Assembly (NCBI GenBank): GCA_013166775.1
Contig: JABLTJ010000026.1
Span: 1 to 51,348, forward strand
Reading direction: 5' to 3'
Length of the DNA: 51,348 bases
Origin: Promethearchaeati archaeon
Lineage (GTDB): Archaea > Asgardarchaeota > Heimdallarchaeia > Heimdallarchaeales > Heimdallarchaeaceae
Position 1 is the first letter of the stretch, and every line of letters starts with the position of its first letter. The notes beneath the pieces are model-generated. The model had not been told where the DNA came from, did not search any database, and was given only the letters and a program-made list of their open reading frames with translations. Position numbers and translations under genes: made by a program. This document shows positions 1-9,055 of the stretch, in pieces.

Positions 1-1892
1 CTATTCAAGTCTTCCATTGACCAGAATAAATAGTACAATGAATTAGATATGGCATTGAGATTTTGTGCATTTACTCTTAACTCTAATTGGTTTAAAACAG
101 TGGTAAATTTCTTTGCTGGTTCACTAAATTGACCATACTCTCCATTATCTGCTTTAGCTATCATTGCATCTGTTCGAGCTTCTAGACTTAATGTTGAAAG
201 GTATAAATCATCACTATCTCCTCGATAAGAATCGATTTGACTCATGATTCCACTAAAATCTGTGATGTTTTCAAAACCATCTTGGAAATAATATAGAGTA
301 CTGTTTAGTCCTAAAGCTACTGGAATCAAATCACTACCAGTGAAACTTAGATCAGCAAATAGACCAGTTGCATCCACAATAAAAGCAAGTGTATCATTCA
401 GAATAGGTGTATCAGAATCTATTAATGATTGCACGGTAGGAGTGTTTAATGCATTGTAGGTGGTATTAAGATGAACACCAGCATTATTAAAGTATGTTTC
501 CGTACCGACAAAGTTTGAGAAATCACCTATTATCTCAACAGCTTTAAGCAAATTGTAAGCTCCTTTGAAGAAATGTACTAAAGTTGCATAATCACTTTGT
601 GTACCATTGTCAAAGGTTGGCCTGTCAACTAGAACACGCATTAAATCAGTTGCATTATCAAACAAACCAAGATAAGTTTGAATTTCATCTACAAATGGAT
701 CAACAGTTTCACCAACATTTCCAGGTATTTGTCCTAAAGCGTATAGAATGTCTTCCCAATCAACTTGTTTTACTTCTTCTAAAGCTTCATCAAGTACAAT
801 AGTGCTATCATTAAAGTAGAGTAGACCTTCATTTATATATTCCAATCCTTCATTAAATGCGTTGTCATCTATTGTCGTTTTAACCATTTCACCTTGAGCT
901 GTCACTGAAGGACTTATACTGCTGAGACTAAGAGCATCGGAAATTAGATTAAATCCTTGCAAGACCTGGAAAGATCCGTTAACAAATGGCCCTACTCCAC
1001 TAAAGAGTATAAATGCTGCTTGGAAAAGCCGGTTAAAGTCATCTGCTGCTTCACCTATACCCCACGGAAATAGACCCAATCCTGCAAGAAAGACAGCTAT
1101 ATCTTCTCCTCCTTTCTGAAACCATTCCGATGCTAGATTAAAACTATCGACCGCATTATTGATATCAGTCTGATTAACATTTGGAAAATTCTCAATAGCA
1201 GTGATACCGTCTATCATGTAAAGCGTGCCTATACCAATATTTGAGCCTAAATCTGTGACACCTGCAACTATCAGATGTATAGCAGGGGATACAATCATTC
1301 CAATTAGGAAGAATACTAGGGCAAAGAATCCTGAAAGTATCGTCAATATTTTGGGTTTCGTCGTGAAGAGTTGAACAATCCATGTCATACTTAACGTTCC
1401 AAATATAAATATCGGAAGTGCTATCACTAAATCAACAAGAAAAGCTAAAACAGAAAATTGTTTGATAGTACCCATATTATCCTGAATTGCTGGAGGTACA
1501 CTTTCCCAAAGTGTAGTATCGCTTATTTCATCAACGCGATCAACCAAAGGCATCAATCGTTCTGAAATTGGCGCTAATGGATTGTAAATTGGTGCGTTGA
1601 TATAATGTAAAAGAGCTCCTACACCAAAAATTATTATCAATACAACTGGGATTGTGAAAAACACTTTAGCTTTGCTTCTTGTTAAACCCGCAAATATCCC
1701 CAAACCTACTAGTCCAATTGCATATGCAACTATGGTTGCAACAAAGCTGTCTCTTGGATGCAGAGCAGCTTCTAGTATGAACATTAAGGCTATTGTCCAA
1801 ATAACGAGAAATAGGAGTCCCCAACCTAGAAAACTCCATTTTTCCTTTTCTGGATCCGAGGGCATTTCGTAAACTATTTTATCATTACTCAT
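1..1892 (-). CDS. Large multi-pass membrane protein with long helical ectodomain; paralog of 2046..4535; runs off the window start (3' partial)
   Basis: Absent from the ORF track because it has no stop in the window. Manual translation from ATG 1892: MSNDKIVYEMPSDPEKEKWSFLGWGLLFLVIWTIALMFILEAALHPRDSF...NAPIYNPLAPISER...TLVHFFKGAYNLLKAVEII. Colinear with the 829-aa neighbour (KKWSFFWWG...LHPRDSF...NAPIYSPLAP...TLTHFLYGAYNLIKAIEII). Confidence 0.85.
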   Translation of the reverse strand, partial: MSNDKIVYEMPSDPEKEKWSFLGWGLLFLVIWTIALMFILEAALHPRDSFVATIVAYAIGLVGLGIFAGLTRSKAKVFFTIPVVLIIIFGVGALLHYINAPIYNPLAPISERLMPLVDRVDEISDTTLWESVPPAIQDNMGTIKQFSVLAFLVDLVIALPIFIFGTLSMTWIVQLFTTKPKILTILSGFFALVFFLIGMIVSPAIHLIVAGVTDLGSNIGIGTLYMIDGITAIENFPNVNQTDINNAVDSFNLASEWFQKGGEDIAVFLAGLGLFPWGIGEAADDFNRLFQAAFILFSGVGPFVNGSFQVLQGFNLISDALSLSSISPSVTAQGEMVKTTIDDNAFNEGLEYINEGLLYFNDSTIVLDEALEEVKQVDWEDILYALGQIPGNVGETVDPFVDEIQTYLGLFDNATDLMRVLVDRPTFDNGTQSDYATLVHFFKGAYNLLKAVEIIGDFSNFVGTETYFNNAGVHLNTTYNALNTPTVQSLIDSDTPILNDTLAFIVDATGLFADLSFTGSDLIPVALGLNSTLYYFQDGFENITDFSGIMSQIDSYRGDSDDLYLSTLSLEARTDAMIAKADNGEYGQFSEPAKKFTTVLNQLELRVNAQNLNAISNSLYYLFWSMEDLN

Positions 1893-2045
1893 ATTTTAAA
1901 ACCTCAGAAATTATTTCTGGATATTAAGTCATTTGCCCAAATAGCTATTTATATCTGTTGAAATTCTAAAAATGAAAAATGTGTGGTAATCAAAGTGCAT
2001 AAAATTGTCTACTGATATTTCTGAAGTATTTGGCAATTTAGTAAA

Positions 2046-4535
2046 CTATTGAGCCTTTACATCGTTCAAATCACCATTGACCGTTGCCAAAGTATCCACT
2101 ATTGCTGTAGAATTTCCTGCAACATCTAACGGATTAGCAGCAGGTCCTAAAAGAGCCAAAGCTAAGAGATTGTTGAAATAAACTATTGTACTCACTAAAG
2201 TTGACTTAATCGTCTCAAGTGCAATTTTTGATTCATCCAATTGTTGCATTTCTCCTTCTGCTAGAGTCATATATGAAATTGCTAAATCCATTTCAGTAAT
2301 AGAGTTTGTAAGTGAGACGTTTGCAGCTATGAAACTGTTTTTGGCTTGAAGATAAAATGAATCGTTGAATTGTTGTCTTCCTAATTTTATGTTGTTATTG
2401 GTATCTTTTAGATAACTCATACCATTGAAAAGGTGGTAGAGAGCTTTTGCAACATTTACAGAGTTCTCCACCGTTGTAACAAATTCAAATCTTTCCAGAG
2501 CAGATAATATTTCTTGACTTGGTACAGTGAATACTCCGTATTCATCACTTTCAGATTTTGTTCTAACAGTAGTAATATTTCCTTCAATTTCATAAGCAGT
2601 ATTGTTTAAGTTTTCAGCATCAGTTACTAAAGTACTAAGTTCTGTTTGGATTTCAGGATAGTTCGTTATATTTTCATACCCTAGCCCGAGATAAGAGACT
2701 GTATTGTTTAATCCTTCAAAAACAGATCCTATATTAGATCCATAATAGCTAATATCAGTCACAAGTGAATTCATGTCAAAAAGGAAATTCAGTGTTTCAC
2801 TAAAGAAGAGAGTATCCGTCACAATCATTTGCTGTATTTCATCTTTTACCAATTGATCTATAACTAAAGTGGAATTGGATAAGGCATTATCCAACAATGT
2901 GGAAGTACCATTGTACGCTGAAGTATCATCAATTATTTCTATAGCTTTTATTAGATTATAGGCTCCATATAGAAAATGTGTTAGAGTAGAGAAGCGAGAA
3001 GGATTTCCATTATCAATCGGTTTTTCTACAAGTATTTCTAACACTGCAGGTAAATCAGCAAAGGATACAACATAATCTTCTACCATGAATATATACGGAG
3101 AAATATATGACTCAATTACTCCAGGAGGGATAGGTAAACTCTCAAGGGAGGCAAGAATATCTGTCATGTTTACTGTCTCAATTTCTGTAAATGCAGTAGC
3201 AAGTAAATCTATGCTAGTGCTAAGTTCGTTTAAACCTTCTTCTACTTTATTTACACCGATATTAAACAAATCATCATTTATTTGTGGTTGTTTTTTAACA
3301 CCCTGAGCTAGTAGCGTACTTGAACTATAATTTAATGCATCAGCCACATCTTTGAAACCTTGAAAAACTTGATAAGAACCGTTAATCATTGGTTCAATTC
3401 CATTCAATAGAATAACTGAAGCACTCAAGTATTGTATCAAAGCGCTCGTAATTGTGATAAAACCATAAGCAAAAGAAAACATGCTAATACTTTGATGTGC
3501 CTTTCTGAAGTTTTCTGCTGCAAGGAGAAAATCTTCTAAAACTATATTGATTTCTTCCTGAGTAGCATTATCAAAGTTTTTCATTATATCCACACCATCC
3601 CATATTTGATTAGCACCAAGTAAAGTATTTCCACCAAAGTCAACGAAACCCGCTAAACCCAAGTGAATGATGGGGGATATTACGAGACCAATTGTGAATA
3701 ATACGAGAGCTAGGAAAATTAGGAATGATGTTGAAATTTTTATTTCAGAGGTGAATAAATCCACTATCCAGATTAGAGAAAGGCAACCTACAAAACCGAT
3801 TAATAGTGCTATAACAAAATCGGCTACGAATACACTTAGACTCCATAATTCCAAAGTTTCTATTGTTATGAGACCAAATAGAGGTGCTTCTGGATCGAAA
3901 AAATTGGTACTGCTTCTAATTGATTCTATGACAAATTTGGCTCTTTCTCCCAGTGGAGCTAAAGGGCTATAAATTGGTGCATTAACAAAGTGGAATAGAA
4001 TACTTAATCCAAATACAATCAGTAAAAGTATTGGAAACGCTATAGCAAATTTCTTTTTGCTTCTTACTAGAAGAGCAAAAACAACTAAACCAAAGAGACC
4101 TAGTGAATAGGCAATAATACCAGCAGGAAAACTATCACGTGGATGGAGCACTGGTTCAAGAATGAACATTAGAAGAATATTCCATATTAGAAAAAATAAA
4201 CAGCCCCACCAGAAGAAAGACCATTTTTTAGGTCCTTTTTCTTCATCTGTTTCTAGATCTTCTGATGTTATTGGAGAACGTCTTTGTTCTTCATACGAAA
4301 CATGAGAATATTCAATGGGTTTAGGCGCGCTTGAATCTTCAATTTCCTTTTTAGGAAGTTCTTCAGAAACAGGAACAGGAACAGGAATAGAGGGGCTTTC
4401 CGAAGGAGGGGGCGCTGAACGTTGTGGTTTAGGTGGGTATTCATCTACTTCTTTTCTTTCTTCTAATACCCTTTCCTCATCTTCTTTTTTTTTCACAGGA
4501 TATGGGGATTTAGGAGGAGTTGAATTTTCACTCAT
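2046..4535 (-). CDS. Uncharacterised 829-aa membrane glycoprotein: Pro/Glu-rich N-tail, about 5 TM helices, about 500-aa alpha-helical C-terminal domain
   Basis: Hydrophobic segments at about aa 105-300; 13 N-x-S/T sequons in the C-terminal part; paralog immediately downstream. Confidence 0.8.
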   Translation of the reverse strand: MSENSTPPKSPYPVKKKEDEERVLEERKEVDEYPPKPQRSAPPPSESPSIPVPVPVSEELPKKEIEDSSAPKPIEYSHVSYEEQRRSPITSEDLETDEEKGPKKWSFFWWGCLFFLIWNILLMFILEPVLHPRDSFPAGIIAYSLGLFGLVVFALLVRSKKKFAIAFPILLLIVFGLSILFHFVNAPIYSPLAPLGERAKFVIESIRSSTNFFDPEAPLFGLITIETLELWSLSVFVADFVIALLIGFVGCLSLIWIVDLFTSEIKISTSFLIFLALVLFTIGLVISPIIHLGLAGFVDFGGNTLLGANQIWDGVDIMKNFDNATQEEINIVLEDFLLAAENFRKAHQSISMFSFAYGFITITSALIQYLSASVILLNGIEPMINGSYQVFQGFKDVADALNYSSSTLLAQGVKKQPQINDDLFNIGVNKVEEGLNELSTSIDLLATAFTEIETVNMTDILASLESLPIPPGVIESYISPYIFMVEDYVVSFADLPAVLEILVEKPIDNGNPSRFSTLTHFLYGAYNLIKAIEIIDDTSAYNGTSTLLDNALSNSTLVIDQLVKDEIQQMIVTDTLFFSETLNFLFDMNSLVTDISYYGSNIGSVFEGLNNTVSYLGLGYENITNYPEIQTELSTLVTDAENLNNTAYEIEGNITTVRTKSESDEYGVFTVPSQEILSALERFEFVTTVENSVNVAKALYHLFNGMSYLKDTNNNIKLGRQQFNDSFYLQAKNSFIAANVSLTNSITEMDLAISYMTLAEGEMQQLDESKIALETIKSTLVSTIVYFNNLLALALLGPAANPLDVAGNSTAIVDTLATVNGDLNDVKAQ

Positions 4536-4650
4536 CAGCTATCATTTTTTCTTGTATTAATAACAATTAAACGTATATTGTTATTTATAGATATTGAAAG
4601 TTTTTTACCAACAAAACATTGTGTGTGAATCTTTATGGGTAATTTACTAA

Positions 4651-5112
4651 TCAGAACATCATACCTTGGAATTCTGATAATATCTTCAAACCAAATCTTG
4701 GTTCTATGTTTGAAATAGTTATTAGATTTTGTGTCTGCTCATATAATTTCTGTTCGATTTTTCTAATGTTAGATCCAACAACGGAAACCGAGTACGATGG
4801 AAATACTAAAAATAAAATAACTGGTGTAAAGGAATCTTTATCATTATTGTCATCTAATAAAAGAAGATCGAAGCCATACACAAAAGTATTTTCTGATAAT
4901 TGCATTAATCCACGAAATCTACGTGAGTTTGTAAAATTGTAAGTCAGACCATTCATGAGTGTTGACGTTCCCTTAATAGCTAAATTCATGAGTGTGCTTT
5001 CTGCTAATGATGAATGATTAGACAATATGATAGGACCCAATCTATGATCAAACTTTACAAGAACTACCCCCAGATCCATAACTCTATCATGTAAGATTGT
5101 GAATGATGACAT
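4651..5112 (-). CDS. uDENN/longin-like small protein
   Basis: N-terminal 'VVLVKFDHRLGPII' matches the hydrophobic-strand F(D/H)xxxGP hairpin of uDENN/longin domains (NPRL2/C9orf72/folliculin type); size fits a single domain. Confidence 0.55.
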   Translation of the reverse strand: MSSFTILHDRVMDLGVVLVKFDHRLGPIILSNHSSLAESTLMNLAIKGTSTLMNGLTYNFTNSRRFRGLMQLSENTFVYGFDLLLLDDNNDKDSFTPVILFLVFPSYSVSVVGSNIRKIEQKLYEQTQNLITISNIEPRFGLKILSEFQGMMF

Positions 5113-5244
5113 ACGACCATGTTGACATTGTAAATTAGCTATTTAAGAAAAACAGACAGAGTGATTTGAAAGTGAAAAAAATAGTAAAAAATGCTGTAAA
5201 TGAAGATTTAACTTAATTTGTCGGATTCAAAAATCTAAAAGATT

Positions 5245-5329
5245 TGGTGCGGGGAGGGAGATTCGAACTCCCGAACCACTAAGGACTGGATCCTAAGTCC
5301 AGCGCCTTTGACCGCTCGGCAATCCCCGC
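5245..5329 (-). tRNA. tRNA-Leu(TAG)
   Basis: GCGGGGA acceptor; anticodon arm CTGGA-CT TAG GA-TCCAG; long variable arm; GTTCGAATC; encoded CCA. Confidence 0.97.
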
Positions 5330-5400
5330 TGATATTGTTTGTGTTATTAGAAGCATATGGTTGGATTTTTTAAATTTATTCTTGAATGTCATCGAGTAAT

Positions 5401-5865
5401 CTATTTTATTATCATCATCATTTCATCATTTTTGCTTTGAAAACCTACCTTTTCATAAAGGGATTTACCAATATGGGTAAAGTGCAATCGAATTTTCTTA
5501 ATACCTGTTTCTTCGATTTTCTCTATTAATTTGTTTAATAATTTTGTTCCTATTCCATGCCTTCTGTATTCAGGGAGAGAATACATGTTCATAATATAAG
5601 CTTCTTTTCCAGATATATTCCCAAATGTTGGTGGAACCTCATGGAATGAGACTCCACTTGTTGCGACAACCTTTTCTCCTTCAAAAGCAATCCATGAGAT
5701 ATAATTACCTTTGGGGATGTTCCTCTGAAAAAAAGAAATGAGAGATTCTTTCAATTCTTGTGAATGTTCATCGGTATTGATCCTTTCAGCTTCGATAAGA
5801 AATTTTATTCTTAAATCAACTAAAATTTCTATATCCTTAACAGATGCAAGTCTGTATTCAATCAT
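5401..5865 (-). CDS. GNAT family N-acetyltransferase
   Basis: Acetyl-CoA motif 'YSLPEYRRHGIGTKLL' and 'LYEKVGF'. Confidence 0.9.
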   Translation of the reverse strand: MIEYRLASVKDIEILVDLRIKFLIEAERINTDEHSQELKESLISFFQRNIPKGNYISWIAFEGEKVVATSGVSFHEVPPTFGNISGKEAYIMNMYSLPEYRRHGIGTKLLNKLIEKIEETGIKKIRLHFTHIGKSLYEKVGFQSKNDEMMMIIK

Positions 5866-5933
5866 GTTTAATCATGATTTGTTATCAATATGCTCTAATA
5901 AATTTATATTATTGGTTTTTAAAATAGCAAAAT

Positions 5934-6042
5934 TGGTGCCTCGACCGGGATTTGAACCCGGGTCTGCGGATATTCCTGCTATGCCACGCGGACCTTCACA
6001 TGTGAAAGTCCGCAATGATTGGCCGAACTACACCATCGAGGC
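5934..6042 (-). tRNA. tRNA-Glu(TTC) with 31-nt intron (5971..6001, best fit position 38/39)
   Basis: GCCTCGA/TCGAGGC acceptor, Glu-type D loop, GCGGA-CTTTCAC[intron]TCCGC, GGTTCAAATCC, CCA. A relaxed BHB central helix UUUC/GGAA fits 38/39. Confidence 0.9.
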
Positions 6043-6207
6043 ACTCAGTTATTCGCTCTTTTCTGTTTTCTTTTTAATATCTTTCGTTATTTGCTTTTAA
6101 TTTCTTATTAATTATTTTTTTAAACACCAATTTCCTTGCTTTTGATTCCTCAATTCCTAAAAAAGTTTATTAAACTAAAATACATACATTCAGTAGGTGA
6201 AGTCCGA

Positions 6208-6441
6208 ATGGCAATAGCATTCATCCTGATAAATAGTGAAATTGGAGAAGAAAAGAGCGTACTCGATCAGCTTATGTCCTTACCTAATGTTAAAGAAGCG
6301 CATGTTGTTTATGGTGTTTATGACTTAATTGCTAAAATTGAAGCAGATACTATGGATGAGTTAAAGAAGATAGTTACGGAAAATCTACGAGCATTAGAGA
6401 ATGTACGAAGTACAATGACGATGATTTGCGTCGAGAAATAA
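6208..6441 (+). CDS. Lrp/AsnC ligand-binding (RAM) domain protein
   Basis: 'VKEAHVVYGVYDLIAKIEA...VRSTMTMI'; GGTGA SD before ATG 6208. Confidence 0.9.
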   Translation: MAIAFILINSEIGEEKSVLDQLMSLPNVKEAHVVYGVYDLIAKIEADTMDELKKIVTENLRALENVRSTMTMICVEK

Positions 6442-6538
6442 ATTTTTCCCCTTTTTTTATTCTTAAACCTTCTTATTTCTTTTAATGTATTTTAGAACAT
6501 CTGGTAAATTTTAAATAAAAGTCAACAACTTTTTCTCC

Positions 6539-7249
6539 ATGGCATATGAGCTTTTGTATGAGATTCTATTGTTAGTAGGAGGGTACTTATTTGGTTCTAT
6601 ACCTTTTGCATATATAGTTGGCAAAATCAGTCGTGGGATCGACATAAGAGACTATGGTTCTGGAAACATGGGAGCAACTAATGTTATGAGAACATTAGGC
6701 AAAAAACTCGGGTACTTGACAATGGCTTTTGATATGCTCAAGGGTGCGATACCTGTTTTTCTAGCAAGAATCTATATTTGGTTTGGTGATTATTCCGGAT
6801 TTGGGACTAAAGCTGAAGGAACAGAATTTCCTGGATTCTTGGATGAAGGATTTCTCTTAGCTTCTGTTGCTTTTATGGCTGTAATAGGTCATGCTTTACC
6901 CGTTTGGGTTAAGTTCAAAGGAGGTAAATCCGCAGCTGTAGGGGCAGGAGCGCTCCTAGGAATCAATCCAATTGCCTATGTAGCTATTCTTCTAATATGG
7001 TTTCCACTTCTGAAAATTACAAAAATTATGTCACTCTCAAACCTAATAATGGCATTAGTATCCCCTATCATGTATTGGATTTTTGCAGGAAATGATTGGT
7101 TTTTCAACGGTAGCCTTTGGGCGTTGATTGTTGCTTGTATAATGGTGGTCTTTGTTTTCTGGCGGCATAAGGCAAATCTTAAAAGATTGCTTACTGGAAC
7201 AGAAAGGAAAATGGGAGAAAAAGTAGAAATAAAAAAGGAAGAGGAATAA
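6539..7249 (+). CDS. plsY: Acyl-phosphate:glycerol-3-phosphate O-acyltransferase PlsY
   Basis: All three PlsY motifs: 'GYLFGSIP...DIRDYGSGNMGATNVMR', 'GH...FKGGKSAA', 'RHKANLKRLLTGTE'; multi-TM. Confidence 0.93.
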   Translation: MAYELLYEILLLVGGYLFGSIPFAYIVGKISRGIDIRDYGSGNMGATNVMRTLGKKLGYLTMAFDMLKGAIPVFLARIYIWFGDYSGFGTKAEGTEFPGFLDEGFLLASVAFMAVIGHALPVWVKFKGGKSAAVGAGALLGINPIAYVAILLIWFPLLKITKIMSLSNLIMALVSPIMYWIFAGNDWFFNGSLWALIVACIMVVFVFWRHKANLKRLLTGTERKMGEKVEIKKEEE

Positions 7250-7306
7250 TCACCCCTCCTTTGCTATTCCAAAGAATATATAACAGCTTATAAGATATCT
7301 CTAGTT

Positions 7307-8851
7307 GTGAAAAACTCTTTTCGAAAGACACTAACAATTTTACTAGTTGTTATAGCTATAGGGAGTTTTGCTACTGCTGGTTATTTCTTATCGAAATTTT
7401 TTATCGAGAGAAATAATACAGATAAAGTTCAATTAATCGCAATTTCATTACCTGAAAAATTAATAAAAGGGGAATCGCTTAAATCAGTAATCCAGCTTGA
7501 AATCAGCGGTAGAAAAGGAGTTTTTATTCAGAGAGTAGAATTTGAGATTTATTCGTTAGCTTATAATCTAAATGGGAGTGTTCAATACGAGGTAAATAAA
7601 ACAACGGAGCATACTGGAAGTTACAATCTTACAGTACTCATCAATCCTTTCCTGAATACTACAACTGGGTATTTTGCCTTGAATGTTGGAGAGTATACAC
7701 TAAATTCGCTTCGGATAATTTTTGAGAAAAAAATTCCTGCAATTCAAAAAGAGATAGATTCTATTTTTCAAGTAATTAATCCAACGAGTGAAGAATTATT
7801 GGAAAATGGAGATTTTCAAAACGATTTAGTAGGATGGAATTTGCTTAAGAAAGATAATAATCTAACCAGCGAAATAATAGCACAGGAGGCATTAAACGAG
7901 AAAAGCTTCTTTGTATATAATAATCAGAATATTTCGTCTGAAAATTCTACATGGATATCTATTTCACAAACAATTAACTCTACAAATAGTCACTTCTTAT
8001 CATTTAGTCAGTATCTTGAAGGAGATAATTTTAGTATAGAGATCAATTTATTGATTAATGGAATAAAGGTGGACATGGGGGTTGTGTTAGATATTCTTTC
8101 AGAAAAAGAGCAGCTAATCTATTATGGCAATTCAACAAACATCGTAGAAATTACATTACAGATTAACTTCTTTAATGCTGAAATCGGCACTAAACTATAC
8201 CTAGATAATATATCTATTGTGAAATACGAACACAGAGTGTTCGTTGTGATGCTTAATGATAATTGGGAAATAATAGGTAATGAGATAGGAAGAAAGAATC
8301 TTTTTGAGAGTATGTTTGAAACATCCTTCTTCTTTGAGAAGTATCTTGGCATAAAATTAATTCCAATTCTGGAATTAGAATGGAAACCCCACAACACTAG
8401 CAAAGAAATAGTGGATTTGATCGCTTTAAACGATGCAGGAGAAATGTTGAAGCTACAGGACGACTGGGAAGTACTTTATGGTAGATCTTCAGAAAACCAT
8501 GGTTTCGATCTATTGCTAGCATTCTCGAATAGAACGTCAGAACATTATGGATTTGCGTACTACGAAAGAAATGCTGCTTTTCACTTTGGTCAATCAGAAG
8601 AACTAGGAGAGTATAGTTGGATTTCTATAGTTGAAGATTGGGTTGAGAATCTTATTCAACACGAAATCAGTCATAATTTTGGAGCTCACGATAGAGACAG
8701 ATCAGAATATCCACCTAGCGTAATGAGTAAACCTTCAACACCTGAACAAACAATTGCAGATTTTACAACTAACTTACTTTGGCTTCAAGTGAACAATTGG
8801 TTACGAGAAGATATCTTACTTATGCTGAAGAATAGAGCAATGTTTGATTAA
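7307..8851 (+). CDS. Membrane-anchored metzincin (reprolysin-like) metalloprotease with beta-sandwich/CBM-like domains
   Basis: N-terminal TM; 'LLENGDFQNDLVGW...YLDNISI' CBM-like jelly roll; 'HEISHNFGAHD' zinc motif followed by Met-turn 'SVMS'. Confidence 0.75.
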   Translation: MKNSFRKTLTILLVVIAIGSFATAGYFLSKFFIERNNTDKVQLIAISLPEKLIKGESLKSVIQLEISGRKGVFIQRVEFEIYSLAYNLNGSVQYEVNKTTEHTGSYNLTVLINPFLNTTTGYFALNVGEYTLNSLRIIFEKKIPAIQKEIDSIFQVINPTSEELLENGDFQNDLVGWNLLKKDNNLTSEIIAQEALNEKSFFVYNNQNISSENSTWISISQTINSTNSHFLSFSQYLEGDNFSIEINLLINGIKVDMGVVLDILSEKEQLIYYGNSTNIVEITLQINFFNAEIGTKLYLDNISIVKYEHRVFVVMLNDNWEIIGNEIGRKNLFESMFETSFFFEKYLGIKLIPILELEWKPHNTSKEIVDLIALNDAGEMLKLQDDWEVLYGRSSENHGFDLLLAFSNRTSEHYGFAYYERNAAFHFGQSEELGEYSWISIVEDWVENLIQHEISHNFGAHDRDRSEYPPSVMSKPSTPEQTIADFTTNLLWLQVNNWLREDILLMLKNRAMFD

Positions 8852-8912
8852 TTGTATTTTACAAAATAGAAAAGCTTAATTATATACGTAAAAGGGAGAT
8901 AGTGTAGAAATT

Positions 8913-8989
8913 GGCCGGATGGTCTAGCTTGGTATGGCCCTGGGTTTGGGACTCAGTGATCCCGAGTTCAAATCTCGGTCCGGCCACCA
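8913..8989 (+). tRNA. tRNA-Pro(TGG)
   Basis: GGCCGGA/TCCGGCC acceptor; CTGGG-TT TGG GA-CTCAG; GTTCAAATC; CCA. Confidence 0.96.
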
Positions 8990-9055
8990 TCTTCTCATTA
9001 TTTTTTATCTCGTTTCAGAGGATTTCTTATAAGTATCGAATTGAATTATTTGTAT

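Noticed and set aside
584-4942. Short ORFs at 584, 1192, 1654, 3085, 3667, 4315 and 4706
   Set aside because: Antisense or off-frame shadows of the long minus-strand genes.
5971-6001. tRNA-Glu intron as a box C/D guide RNA
   Set aside because: No recognisable RUGAUGA/CUGA boxes and too short; kept only as an antisense-structure observation.
5738-6100. 120-aa plus-strand ORF
   Set aside because: Antisense to the GNAT gene and tRNA-Glu.
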